Shown here: positions 20,837 through 29,461 of the stretch, one piece after another
Layout of the letters: each line of letters opens with the position of its first letter
How positions within the stretch are numbered: position 1 is the stretch's first letter
Assembly: GCF_035566555.1 (NCBI RefSeq)
Contig: NZ_DATMRB010000098.1
Span: 46,431 to 110,430 of the forward strand
DNA length: 64,000 nucleotides
Direction: 5' to 3'
From: Collimonas sp.
GTDB taxonomy: Bacteria > Pseudomonadota > Gammaproteobacteria > Burkholderiales > Burkholderiaceae_D
Made by a program: the position numbers and the translations under genes
The notes under the pieces: model-generated
Databases searched by the model: none
Told to the model about the DNA's origin: nothing
The model's input: the letters and a program-made list of their open reading frames with translations, nothing else

Positions 20837-21223
20837 TCATTGACCGGCAGGCGGTTGCCAGAGCTCTACCTTGTTTCCTTCCGGGTCGATGACCCAGGCA
20901 AACTTCCCATACTCGGATTCGTCGATCTTTTCGAGCACGTTGCAACCTTCTTCCCGCAAGACCTTAACCAATCCGTGAAGATCTTCCACCCTGTAGTTGA
21001 TCATGAAAGATGCAGTGCTGGGAGCAAACTGCTCGCTTTCTGCCGACCCGACCGACCATACGGTTGTTCCGGCAACCGGCTTACCGTCGCCGTCGGCCCA
21101 GGTGAACGCCGTGCCGCCCCATCCTTGGACATCGATTCCCAGGTGCCGCTTATACCAAGCCTGTAGCGCCGGAGCGTCTTTGGCTTTGAAGAAGATGCCG
21201 CCTATGCCGGTGACTCGCTTCAT
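20837..21223 (-). CDS. VOC (glyoxalase/bleomycin-resistance/dioxygenase) family protein
   Basis: MKRVTGIGGIFFKAKDAPALQAWYKRHLGI...GKFAWVIDPEGNKVELWQP. The ATG at 21223 has GGAGG upstream. The track's start at 21352 is over-extended. Confidence 0.8.
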   Translation of the reverse strand: MKRVTGIGGIFFKAKDAPALQAWYKRHLGIDVQGWGGTAFTWADGDGKPVAGTTVWSVGSAESEQFAPSTASFMINYRVEDLHGLVKVLREEGCNVLEKIDESEYGKFAWVIDPEGNKVELWQPPAGQ

Positions 21224-21397
21224 GGGACCTCCGAGGTATCGTGGTGAGATGAGATGTTCTCTGCAGCTTGGCCATAAATATACACCCTGGCCAGAAGCGG
21301 ATGCCGAAAACTTCGGAATAATCTCCGGCCGGAATAGGCTCCGGCGGAGCATGCTTCATGCTATCCCGATACCTGACCTGCTCAATGGCGGGGTGTC

Positions 21398-21823
21398 CTA
21401 AGGTTTGGCTTTCTTCGAAGGTTTCGCCTTGCCGGAACTGTTGAGCGCAATCGCCTGGCGCACCAGCGCCTTGAAGGCCGACTCGTCGATTTCTTCGCCT
21501 TCGTGGATGTCGATCGCACGGCGCACATTGCCGTCTAGGCTAGAGTTAAACAGAGGGGCCGGATCCTGCAGCGACGCGCCCTTGGCAAAGGTAAGTTTCA
21601 CCACCTTCTTGTAGGATTCGCCGGTGCAGATGATGCCGTCGTGCGACCAGACCGGCGTATCCCCCCACTTCATCTCCTCGATGACATCCGGATCCGCGTC
21701 CTTCACCAGCTTGCGCATCCTGCCCAGCGTTTCCCCGCGCCAGTCTCCGAGTCCGGCTATTTTTTCAGAAATGAGATCCGATGCCGACAAACCTTGGCTT
21801 GCGTCCGATTTTTTCATGTGCAT
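21398..21823 (-). CDS. DUF1801 (YdhG-like) domain protein
   Basis: ..GLGDWRGETLGRMRKLVKDADPDVIEEMKWGDTPVWSHDGIICTGESYKKVVKLTFAKGA.. The start is ATG 21823 or 21817. GAGGA spacing favours 21817. Confidence 0.7.
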   Translation of the reverse strand: MHMKKSDASQGLSASDLISEKIAGLGDWRGETLGRMRKLVKDADPDVIEEMKWGDTPVWSHDGIICTGESYKKVVKLTFAKGASLQDPAPLFNSSLDGNVRRAIDIHEGEEIDESAFKALVRQAIALNSSGKAKPSKKAKP

Positions 21824-21857
21824 GTCCTCGAAGTTACAGATATAGCCAGGCCGTGGC

Positions 21858-22265
21858 TCACGCCAGGCCTCCCGCCACGCGCTCCAGGCCCGTGAAGAAT
21901 TTCTCCCAGCCGTACTTGGCGCCGGCGTAGGCTTGCTGCTGGTCAGGCCGGAAGCCCGATTGTTCCATGCGCAGCTGAGTGCCGGCACTGGTAGGGGTCA
22001 GGGTCCAGGTGACGACGCTCTTGAGACCCATGGCTTCCCATGTGTAGGAAAGCGCCTGGTTCGGCTCGATCGCCAGCACCTGGCACTCGACCACGCCCCA
22101 GTCGGCGCGCAGATCGAAACGGTGGCCGACGACCGGCTGGAAGTCATTATCCATCAGCCATTCTTCAATCAAGGGACTCTGCGTCAGCGCGCGCCAGACT
22201 TTGTCGAGGGAATGCGGCATTTCCCGTTCTACTATCAGCGTTTTGGTATCGTTGGCTTGCATCAT
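21858..22265 (-). CDS. SRPBCC-superfamily protein (Aha1/AHSA1-like START fold)
   Basis: 135 aa: ..LIVEREMPHSLDKVWRALTQSPLIEEWLMDNDFQPVVGHRF...SYTW...GWEKFFTGLERV. There is a 4-nt overlap with the upstream ArsR gene. Confidence 0.75.
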   Translation of the reverse strand: MMQANDTKTLIVEREMPHSLDKVWRALTQSPLIEEWLMDNDFQPVVGHRFDLRADWGVVECQVLAIEPNQALSYTWEAMGLKSVVTWTLTPTSAGTQLRMEQSGFRPDQQQAYAGAKYGWEKFFTGLERVAGGLA

Positions 22266-22585
22266 TGATCCATCCTCTTCAATAGGGTTTCCAAACGGTC
22301 AAATCGGCTGTTCCAGAAGGTCGAATAAAAACCGATCCAGTCAATCAAGGGCGCCAGCGCTTTCGGCTCGGCGCTGTAATACGTTTCGCGTCCGTCGCGC
22401 CGGCCCCGCACCAGGCCCGCCAGCTTGAGCGCGCCGAGATGCTTCGAAATGGCGGGCTGCGATACGCCGGACGGATCGGTCAAGGCATGCACCGTCATTT
22501 CACCGTCCCTGCTCAGACGCTCGAAAATCGCGCGCCGGGTTGGATCGGACAGGATTTTTAGAACAGCTGTCGGTTCTGCGTGCAT
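22262..22585 (-). CDS. ArsR/SmtB-family transcriptional regulator
   Basis: MHAEPTAVLKILSDPTRRAIFERLSRDGEMTVHALTDPSGVSQPAISKHLGALKLAGLVRGRRDGRETYY is a winged HTH. The start is ATG 22585. It is the first gene of the cassette. Confidence 0.85.
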   Translation of the reverse strand: MHAEPTAVLKILSDPTRRAIFERLSRDGEMTVHALTDPSGVSQPAISKHLGALKLAGLVRGRRDGRETYYSAEPKALAPLIDWIGFYSTFWNSRFDRLETLLKRMDQ

Positions 22586-22650
22586 TGCCCATCCCTGCTT
22601 ATGTGAACTTGATTTTGATTTCTGCGAAGCTCGCGCCTCACATGAGCTAA

Positions 22651-22670
22651 TCATAACCAATTGGTTATGA
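22651..22670. promoter_or_regulatory. Perfect 20-bp palindrome, a candidate ArsR-family operator
   Basis: TCATAACCAATTGGTTATGA is its own reverse complement. It lies 66-85 nt upstream of the ArsR start codon. Confidence 0.55.
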
Positions 22671-22856
22671 ATGTCAAGGAGCGTATCTTGCATGGGCGTC
22701 GCGCGCCATTACCTGCTTCATCTATGGTGGGGGACTGCCGGCGGCACAAACGACGCATGCCGGGTCGGGCGCGTGGCGCCAAGGAGGCTGAACAAAGCTT
22801 GAACGCCGACCGCCTCGGCCAGCGGCGCCGAGGCGGTCATCCAAGCTGACACTTAT

Positions 22857-24443
22857 CTAAACGCTCATGTTACCCAGCGTGCTCGCCCGGTAAGCAGCAA
22901 CAAAGGTATCAAAATCGCCAGTCTGGCTGCGCTCCAGGCTTTCCTGTTCGGACAGGGAAGTCGCCGCCAGCGTTTCGTAATAATTGCGCTCTTCCGGGCT
23001 GGGAGGATTCGCCAGGAAATACGCAGCATGCTCTTTACTCAGGCGCAGGGCAAAGCTGCCGAACGATTCCTTGTTGTCGCGCAAAATCGCCAGCACCTGC
23101 GCCGAAGGCGTCAGTTCCACCTGGTCCAGCTTGAGGCTTTGCTTTGCCAGCGATGCCGCGTGGGCGCCGTCGCTGCGCTGGGCATCGAGCAAATCGGCTG
23201 CCGCGCTGATCCGCTCCAGCAGTTCCTTGCCCCAGGTTTGCAGGCCGACCGGATTGCCGTCGCGCCGCAGCTGCAGGCCGGGACGCCGTCCTTCTTTCAC
23301 CGCACGGGCGAAGTTCTCGGTGTTTTCCAGGCTTTCCTCGTCGCTGGTCAGCGGGCTGTCGTCGAGCGCGCAGAACAGCAGGAAAGCATCCAGGAAGCGC
23401 GAGGTTTCCAGGTTGATGCCCATCGGCTCGAAGGGGTCGATGTCCATGCAGCGCACTTCTATATATTGCACGCCGCGCGCCGACAGCGCCTGGATCGGCC
23501 GTTCGCCGGAATTGATCACGCGCTTCGGCCGGATGGTCGAGTAGTATTCGTTTTCGATTTGCAGGATGTTGGTGTTGATCTGCACCCATTCGCCGTTGCG
23601 GTGAGTGCCGATCTCGGCATACGGCGGATAAGGCTGGCTGACCGCGTGCGCCAGGCTCTTGATATAGCTGTCGAGGCTGTTGAACTGCGGCGTCAGGCGC
23701 GCCTGCGCTTCGCTGGTGTAGCCGAGGTCGCTCATGCGCAGGCTGGTGGCGTATGGCAGATAGAGGGTATCTTTATCCAGCTCCTCCAGCCGGTGGTCGC
23801 GGCCGTCGAGGAAACATTTGGACAGCGCCGGCGAGGCGCCGAACAGGTACATCAGCAGCCAGCTGTAGCGGCGGAAATTGCGCACCAGCGCGATATAGCT
23901 TTCCGACTGAAAGTGCATGGCCGTGCCGTTGGCGCCTTCGGCCTGTTGCAAGGTTTGCCACACGCCTTCCGCCAGCGAGTAGTTGTAATGGATACCGGCG
24001 ATGCATTGCATGCGCTTGCCGTAGCGCAGCGCCAGGCCGCGCCGGTAAACGTGCTTCAAGGTCCCCATGTGCGAAGTGCCGTACCAGGCGATAGGAATCT
24101 GCTCTTCGGCCGGCAGGTGGGCCGGCATCGACTGGCTCCACAGCAGCTCGTCGCCCAGCTTGCTGTAGACGAAACGGTGGATCGTGTCGAGTTCGTCCAG
24201 CGCCGTCGCAATATCATGCTCGGCCGGCGTAATGAATTCCAGCAGCGATTCCGAATAATCGGTGGTGATCTGCGGCTGCGTCAGCGCCGAACCGAGCGCG
24301 CGCGGATGCGGCGTCAGCGCCAGACGGCCGTCGCCGTCGACGCGCAAGGTTTCTCTTTCGATGCCGCGCAAGCCCTGGCCTAGCAGGCCGCGGTGCTGCT
24401 CTTGCCCTAGCAGCGCCAGCCGGCGGGTGTAGTGATCGGTCAA
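22857..24443 (-). CDS. gshA: Glutamate-cysteine ligase (proteobacterial type)
   Basis: ..[12 protein letters not shown]...[15 protein letters not shown]...ISGVHYNYSL-like segment ([10 protein letters not shown]) aligns by eye with E. coli GshA. There is no in-frame ATG near the homologous N-terminus. The TTG at 24443 has AAGGA 7 nt upstream and gives 528 aa. The track's 619-aa version is over-extended. Confidence 0.85.
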   Translation of the reverse strand: MTDHYTRRLALLGQEQHRGLLGQGLRGIERETLRVDGDGRLALTPHPRALGSALTQPQITTDYSESLLEFITPAEHDIATALDELDTIHRFVYSKLGDELLWSQSMPAHLPAEEQIPIAWYGTSHMGTLKHVYRRGLALRYGKRMQCIAGIHYNYSLAEGVWQTLQQAEGANGTAMHFQSESYIALVRNFRRYSWLLMYLFGASPALSKCFLDGRDHRLEELDKDTLYLPYATSLRMSDLGYTSEAQARLTPQFNSLDSYIKSLAHAVSQPYPPYAEIGTHRNGEWVQINTNILQIENEYYSTIRPKRVINSGERPIQALSARGVQYIEVRCMDIDPFEPMGINLETSRFLDAFLLFCALDDSPLTSDEESLENTENFARAVKEGRRPGLQLRRDGNPVGLQTWGKELLERISAAADLLDAQRSDGAHAASLAKQSLKLDQVELTPSAQVLAILRDNKESFGSFALRLSKEHAAYFLANPPSPEERNYYETLAATSLSEQESLERSQTGDFDTFVAAYRASTLGNMSV

Positions 24444-24807
24444 TTCAGCATCCTTTTTATTGAGATTTGTCAGCTCCGGCCTGTCCTGCTGATTGCATTG
24501 CTGATTGCATGATGGCGGCCGCAGTCGATGACATACAGATGTCGTAGAAGGCGAGAATAGCCGAAAATGAAAGAACGCGTTGGATGACGGATGGACAGCA
24601 TTTGACAATCGGCCGGCCGGCCGGCGAGCACATCTGGCCAGCCCGGCTTTGTCAAATGGATAACTTCCAGCGATTTCTCGCGCATCAGTGACAATAAAAA
24701 TTGCAAGAATCGACAAATTTCTCTACGGCAATACATCGCCGGCACAGTCTTCCTAGCGCACACCCCTTATAATCCTGCTTTGCTTTCAATTTTCAACAGT
24801 CCCCACT

Positions 24808-25653
24808 ATGCCTGCTCAACTGATCGACGGAAATCTCTTATCCCAACAACTGCGCGCCGATGTCGCCAAGCGCGCCGCCGCACTGACGGCCCAGGGCAAG
24901 CAGCCCGGCCTGGCCGTGATCCTGGTCGGCGACAGCCAGGCCTCGCAAGTGTATGTGCGCAACAAGGTCAAGGCTTGCGAAGACAACGGCCTGTATTCGG
25001 TGCTGGAAAAATATGACGCCGACCTGACGGAAGCGGCGCTGCTGGCGCGCATCGATGCCTTGAATGCGGATCCGAAGATCAACGGCATCCTGGTGCAACT
25101 GCCGCTGCCGGCGCATATCGACGCCCACAAGGTGATCGAAGCCATCGCCCCGGAGAAGGACGTCGACGGCTTCCATATCAGTAACGCCGGCCTGCTGATG
25201 ACCGGCCAACCGCTGTTCCGCCCCTGCACGCCATATGGCGTGATGAAGATGCTGGAATCGGTGAATTTCCCGGTGCGCGGCGCCCATGCGGTGATCGTCG
25301 GCGCTTCCAACATCGTCGGCAAGCCGCAAGCCATGCTGCTCTTGCAGGCCGGCGCCACGGTCACCATCTGTAATTCCAAGACCCGCGACCTCGGCCTGCA
25401 CACGCGCATGGCCGACATCCTGGTGGTGGCTACCGGCAAACGCAATATCGTCACCGCCGACATGGTCAAGCCGGGCGCCGCCGTGATCGACGTCGGCATG
25501 AACCGCGACGACAACGGCAAGCTGTGCGGCGATGTCGACTTCGCCAACGCCAAGGAAGTGGCGGGCTATATCACCCCGGTGCCAGGCGGCGTCGGGCCGA
25601 TGACCATCACCATGTTGCTGGTCAATACCATTGAAGCAGCAGAAAGAATGTAA
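24808..25653 (+). CDS. folD: Bifunctional methylenetetrahydrofolate dehydrogenase/cyclohydrolase
   Basis: 281 aa: ..[53 protein letters not shown]...PGGVGPMT. Confidence 0.95.
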   Translation: MPAQLIDGNLLSQQLRADVAKRAAALTAQGKQPGLAVILVGDSQASQVYVRNKVKACEDNGLYSVLEKYDADLTEAALLARIDALNADPKINGILVQLPLPAHIDAHKVIEAIAPEKDVDGFHISNAGLLMTGQPLFRPCTPYGVMKMLESVNFPVRGAHAVIVGASNIVGKPQAMLLLQAGATVTICNSKTRDLGLHTRMADILVVATGKRNIVTADMVKPGAAVIDVGMNRDDNGKLCGDVDFANAKEVAGYITPVPGGVGPMTITMLLVNTIEAAERM

Positions 25654-25658
25654 TTGCA

Positions 25659-27734
25659 ATGACCACTACCGCAATCAACGCTGACAATCCCCTGCTCGAC
25701 TTTACCGGCCTGGCCAAGTTCGACCAGATCACCCCGGCCGACATCAGTCCGGCGATCGCCGCATTACTGCAGCAGGCGCATACCGTGGTTGAACTGCTGG
25801 AGGCCTCCGCCGAGGCAGCCACCTGGGAAAATTTCGTCCTGCCGCTGGAGCACGTGACGGAAAAGCTGAGCCGAGCCTGGGGCATCGTCAGCCATTTGAA
25901 TGCGGTAGCTGACACGCCGGAGCTGCGCGCCGCCTATAACGAAAACCAGCCCAAGCTGATCGAATTCTGGACCGCGCTGGCGCAGAACCTGGCGCTGTTC
26001 AGCAAATACAAGGCCATCAAGAACAATATCGATTTCGCCGAGCTGTCGGCGGCGCGCCGCAAGATCGTCAACAACGCCTTGCGCGATTTCCGCCTGGGCG
26101 GCGCCGAACTGACGGCAGCCAAGAAGACCCGCTTTGCCCAGATCCAGGAAAAGCATGCGGCGCTGACCACCCGCTTCTCGGAAAACATCCTGGACGCGAC
26201 CAATGCCTACGGCCTCTTCATCACCGATGAAGCCGAGCTGGCCGGGCTGCCGGAGGATGTGCGCCAGGCCGCGCGCGCCGCCGCAGAACAGGATGGCAAG
26301 CCGGGCTATAAGTTCACGCTGCACTTTCCTTCCTATTTCCCGATCCTGCAGTACGCCGACAACCGCGCCCTGCGCGAGAAGATGTATCGCGCCAACGCCA
26401 CCAAGGCTTCCGAGCTGGGCGAAAAGCCGGAATGGGACAACAGCGCCAACATCGTCGAAATCCTGCGCCTGCGCAACGAAGAAGCCAAGCTGCTGGATTT
26501 CAAGAACTACGCCGAGCTGTCGCTGGTGCCGAAAATGGCCGACACGCCACAAGACGTGATCCACTTCCTGGAAGACCTGGGCCGGCGCGCCCGCCCGTTT
26601 GCCGAGCAGGACCTGATGGAACTGCGCGCCTTCGCCGCCGAGCAGCTCGGCCTGGCGACACTGGAAGCCTGGGACCTGGCCTATGCCGCGGAAAAACTGC
26701 GCGAACAGCGCTACGCATTTTCCGAACAGGAAGTGAAGCAGTATTTCCCCGAGCCGAAGGTGGTCCAAGGCTTGTTCCAGCTGGTGCAGAAACTGTTCTC
26801 GGTCGACATCAGCGCCGACCAGGCGGCGGTGTGGCATCCTGACGTCAAGTTCTTCCGCATCGAGAAAGACGGCAAGCTGATCGGCCAGTTCTATCTCGAT
26901 CTGTATGCCCGCAACGGCAAGCGCGGCGGCGCCTGGATGGACGACGCCCGTGCCCGGCGCCGTCTCGGCAATGAAGTGCAAACCCCGATCGCCTATCTGA
27001 CCTGCAATTTCACCGCGCCAGCCATGGCGGACGGCGTCAGCAAGCCTGCCTTGTTCACCCACGACGAAGTGATCACGCTGTTCCACGAATTCGGCCATGG
27101 CTTGCATCACATGCTGACCCAGGTCGATGAGATCGGCGTCTCCGGCATTTCCGGGGTTGAGTGGGATGCGGTCGAACTGCCTTCGCAATTCATGGAGAAT
27201 TTCTGCTGGGAGTGGGATGTCTTGCAGCACATGACTGCGGAAGCCGAATCCGGCGCACCGCTGCCGCGTGAACTGTTCGACAAGATGATCGCCGCCAAGA
27301 ACTTCCAGTCCGGCCTGCAAGCCTTGCGCCAGGTCGAATTTTCGCTGTTCGACATGCGCCTGCACGACGATTATGATCCTTACGGCAGCCAGAGCGTGCA
27401 GGATGTGATCGACCAGGTGCGCGGCAAGATCGCGGTGATTACTCCACCGTCTTTCAACCGCTTCCAGCATTCCTTCGGCCATATTTTCGCCGGCGGCTAT
27501 GCAGCCGGCTACTACAGCTACAAATGGGCCGAGGTGCTGTCGGCCGATGCCTACAGCGCGTTTGAAGAAGCCGCCGTCGGCGGCAACGTGGTGTCGGCCG
27601 CAACCGGCCGCAGGTTCCGCGACGAAATCCTGGCGGTCGGCGGTTCGCGGCCAGCGCTGGAATCGTTCAAGGCTTTCCGCGGCCGCGAACCGAATATCGA
27701 CGCCTTGCTGCGGCACAGCGGCATGGCCGCCTGA
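25659..27734 (+). CDS. prlC: Oligopeptidase A (M3 family zinc metallopeptidase)
   Basis: 691 aa. The zinc motif is LFHEFGHGLHHML. Overall M3 layout. Confidence 0.9.
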   Translation: MTTTAINADNPLLDFTGLAKFDQITPADISPAIAALLQQAHTVVELLEASAEAATWENFVLPLEHVTEKLSRAWGIVSHLNAVADTPELRAAYNENQPKLIEFWTALAQNLALFSKYKAIKNNIDFAELSAARRKIVNNALRDFRLGGAELTAAKKTRFAQIQEKHAALTTRFSENILDATNAYGLFITDEAELAGLPEDVRQAARAAAEQDGKPGYKFTLHFPSYFPILQYADNRALREKMYRANATKASELGEKPEWDNSANIVEILRLRNEEAKLLDFKNYAELSLVPKMADTPQDVIHFLEDLGRRARPFAEQDLMELRAFAAEQLGLATLEAWDLAYAAEKLREQRYAFSEQEVKQYFPEPKVVQGLFQLVQKLFSVDISADQAAVWHPDVKFFRIEKDGKLIGQFYLDLYARNGKRGGAWMDDARARRRLGNEVQTPIAYLTCNFTAPAMADGVSKPALFTHDEVITLFHEFGHGLHHMLTQVDEIGVSGISGVEWDAVELPSQFMENFCWEWDVLQHMTAEAESGAPLPRELFDKMIAAKNFQSGLQALRQVEFSLFDMRLHDDYDPYGSQSVQDVIDQVRGKIAVITPPSFNRFQHSFGHIFAGGYAAGYYSYKWAEVLSADAYSAFEEAAVGGNVVSAATGRRFRDEILAVGGSRPALESFKAFRGREPNIDALLRHSGMAA

Positions 27735-27805
27735 ACCGAAGAACACAGTACTAGTTAGTAGCAACCATACAAACCAGGCTCTTAAATCGAACAAGGGGAA
27801 CAGGT

Positions 27806-28417
27806 ATGACGATAGGTATCAGAACCGTTGCAACGTTTTTTCTGCTGATGCTGGCAGCCAGTGCGCAGGCTCAGCTGTACAAGTCGACCGGCCCGGACGG
27901 CAAGGTCACGTACAGCGATACGCCGCCGGCCAGCGGCAATGTGGTGCAGAAGAAAATCGCCGGCGGCCCCGGCGACGATACCGACGGCCTGCCGTATGAA
28001 CTGGCGCAGGCGGTCAAGAATCATCCTGTCACCTTGTACAGTTCCGACAAGTGCATCCCTTGCGACGACGGCCGCAAAATGCTGAAGGAGCGCGGCATCC
28101 CTTTCAGCGAGAAGACCGTCAAGACCAATGAAGATATCGCAGCGCTGCGCAAGATCGCCAGCGACAACCAGCTGCCGGTGCTGACGGTGGGCCGCGACAA
28201 GCAAAGCGGCTTTTCCAGCGCCAGCTGGGGCAGCGCCTTGAGCACGGCCGGCTATCCGGAAAGCAGCCGCTTGCCGGCAGGCTATCAGAACGCTGCGCCG
28301 GTTGCCGCCGCGCAGGGCACCCGGCCTGCCGGCAAAACCACCGCTCCTGCCGCCACCGCCAATAGCGGTGACGTCCCGCCGGCCGCGGGCAATGCGCCAC
28401 CCGGCTTCCGCTTTTAA
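27806..28417 (+). CDS. Secreted DUF4124-like N-terminal module fused to a glutaredoxin-like domain (CIPC), with a low-complexity Ala/Pro tail
   Basis: Signal peptide FFLLMLAASAQAQ, then LYKSTGPDGKVTYSDTPP (DUF4124-type), then VTLYSSDKCIPCDDGRKMLKERGIPFSEKTV (thioredoxin-fold CxxC). Confidence 0.7.
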   Translation: MTIGIRTVATFFLLMLAASAQAQLYKSTGPDGKVTYSDTPPASGNVVQKKIAGGPGDDTDGLPYELAQAVKNHPVTLYSSDKCIPCDDGRKMLKERGIPFSEKTVKTNEDIAALRKIASDNQLPVLTVGRDKQSGFSSASWGSALSTAGYPESSRLPAGYQNAAPVAAAQGTRPAGKTTAPAATANSGDVPPAAGNAPPGFRF

Positions 28418-28445
28418 GCGCGGTCCGACCAACCAGCCTATATCA

Positions 28446-28871
28446 ATGACGCAAATCGACTTTCACACCAATATCTCGGATAAATTCCTGTACGCCTGCC
28501 GACTGGTGCGCAAAGCCCGAACCGCGCAACGCCAGGTCGTCATCTTGACCGCCAATAACGACGAGCTGGCGACGCTGGACCGCACGCTGTGGACGTTTTC
28601 GGAGCACGATTTCCTGCCCCACGTGCGCGCCGGCGACCCGCTCGCCGCGCAAACCCCGGTGATCCTGGCGGCCGACGAAGAGACCGAGTGGCCGCATCAC
28701 CAGATGCTGGTCAACCTGTCGGGCAAGACGCCGCAGCATTTTGCCCGCTTCGAAAGAATGTTTGAAATCGTCTCGCTGGCCGAAGACGACAAGGCGGGCG
28801 GCCGCGAGCGCTATCGCTTTTACCAGCAACGCGGTTACCCGTTGACGCACTTTGTTGCCGAAAATGTTTAA
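28446..28871 (+). CDS. holC: DNA polymerase III chi subunit
   Basis: MTQIDFHTNISDKFLYACRLVRKA...VVILTANNDELATLDRTLWTF..FLPH.., 141 aa from ATG 28446. The track's start at 28302 is over-extended into the upstream gene. Confidence 0.85.
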   Translation: MTQIDFHTNISDKFLYACRLVRKARTAQRQVVILTANNDELATLDRTLWTFSEHDFLPHVRAGDPLAAQTPVILAADEETEWPHHQMLVNLSGKTPQHFARFERMFEIVSLAEDDKAGGRERYRFYQQRGYPLTHFVAENV

Positions 28872-28880
28872 GGAAACACA

Positions 28881-29291
28881 ATGAGCACCGGAAAACTTGA
28901 CGCCAATATCCCTTTGTTGACCGAGGTCATTGTTCCGTTGCCGACCCTGACCGATATTATCGATATGCCGAAAACCGCTGCCTTCCCTGCCGCGGCAGCG
29001 GATGATCTGGACAATTTCGAGCTGCCGCCGCCGCAACGGGAAGCCGTCCTCAGCCAGCACGACTGGGAACGGCTGGAGACGGAAGTCAGGGAAAAAGTGC
29101 TGCAGCAGCTGCAGGACCGCATCGATTTCGTCATCGAGCAGCGCGTGCGCGATGGCCTGGCCGATGTCTTGCAGACCGCGGTGGAAGGCATGGCGGCGCA
29201 AATCCGCGAGGGCTTGCACCAGACCCTGGATGAAGTCATTTCCCGGGCCGTGACACTGGAATTGGTCAAATTGAAAAAAACAAATATTTAA
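28881..29291 (+). CDS. Hypothetical acidic protein (136 aa)
   Basis: The ORF starts 10 nt after holC. Its composition looks like coding sequence (Asp/Glu/Leu-rich, predicted helical C-terminal half). I recognise no motif. Confidence 0.5.
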   Translation: MSTGKLDANIPLLTEVIVPLPTLTDIIDMPKTAAFPAAAADDLDNFELPPPQREAVLSQHDWERLETEVREKVLQQLQDRIDFVIEQRVRDGLADVLQTAVEGMAAQIREGLHQTLDEVISRAVTLELVKLKKTNI

Positions 29292-29390
29292 CGTATATTT
29301 TTTGTTTTTCAGTCACATATATTCTCACGATAGCTAAAAGTAAAAATATCAAGCCACATTTTGATCGCCTAAAAAATCCCGGTTTTCTTA

Positions 29391-29404
29391 CAATAGCGCT
29401 ATTG
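29391..29404. promoter_or_regulatory. Perfect 14-bp palindrome upstream of dadA, a candidate operator
   Basis: CAATAGCGCTATTG lies 58-71 nt upstream of the dadA ATG, in an AT-rich leader. Confidence 0.35.
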
Positions 29405-29461
29405 AAAAAGCTGTTCCTGCAACGCGCAGCTGGTTAAAAACGGTGGTTTTTTGGAGATGAG

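Noticed and set aside
24611-24625. A (GGCC)3 microsatellite-like run.
   Set aside because: It is too short to call a repeat locus in its own right. It is treated as part of the larger hairpin reported at 24599-24658.
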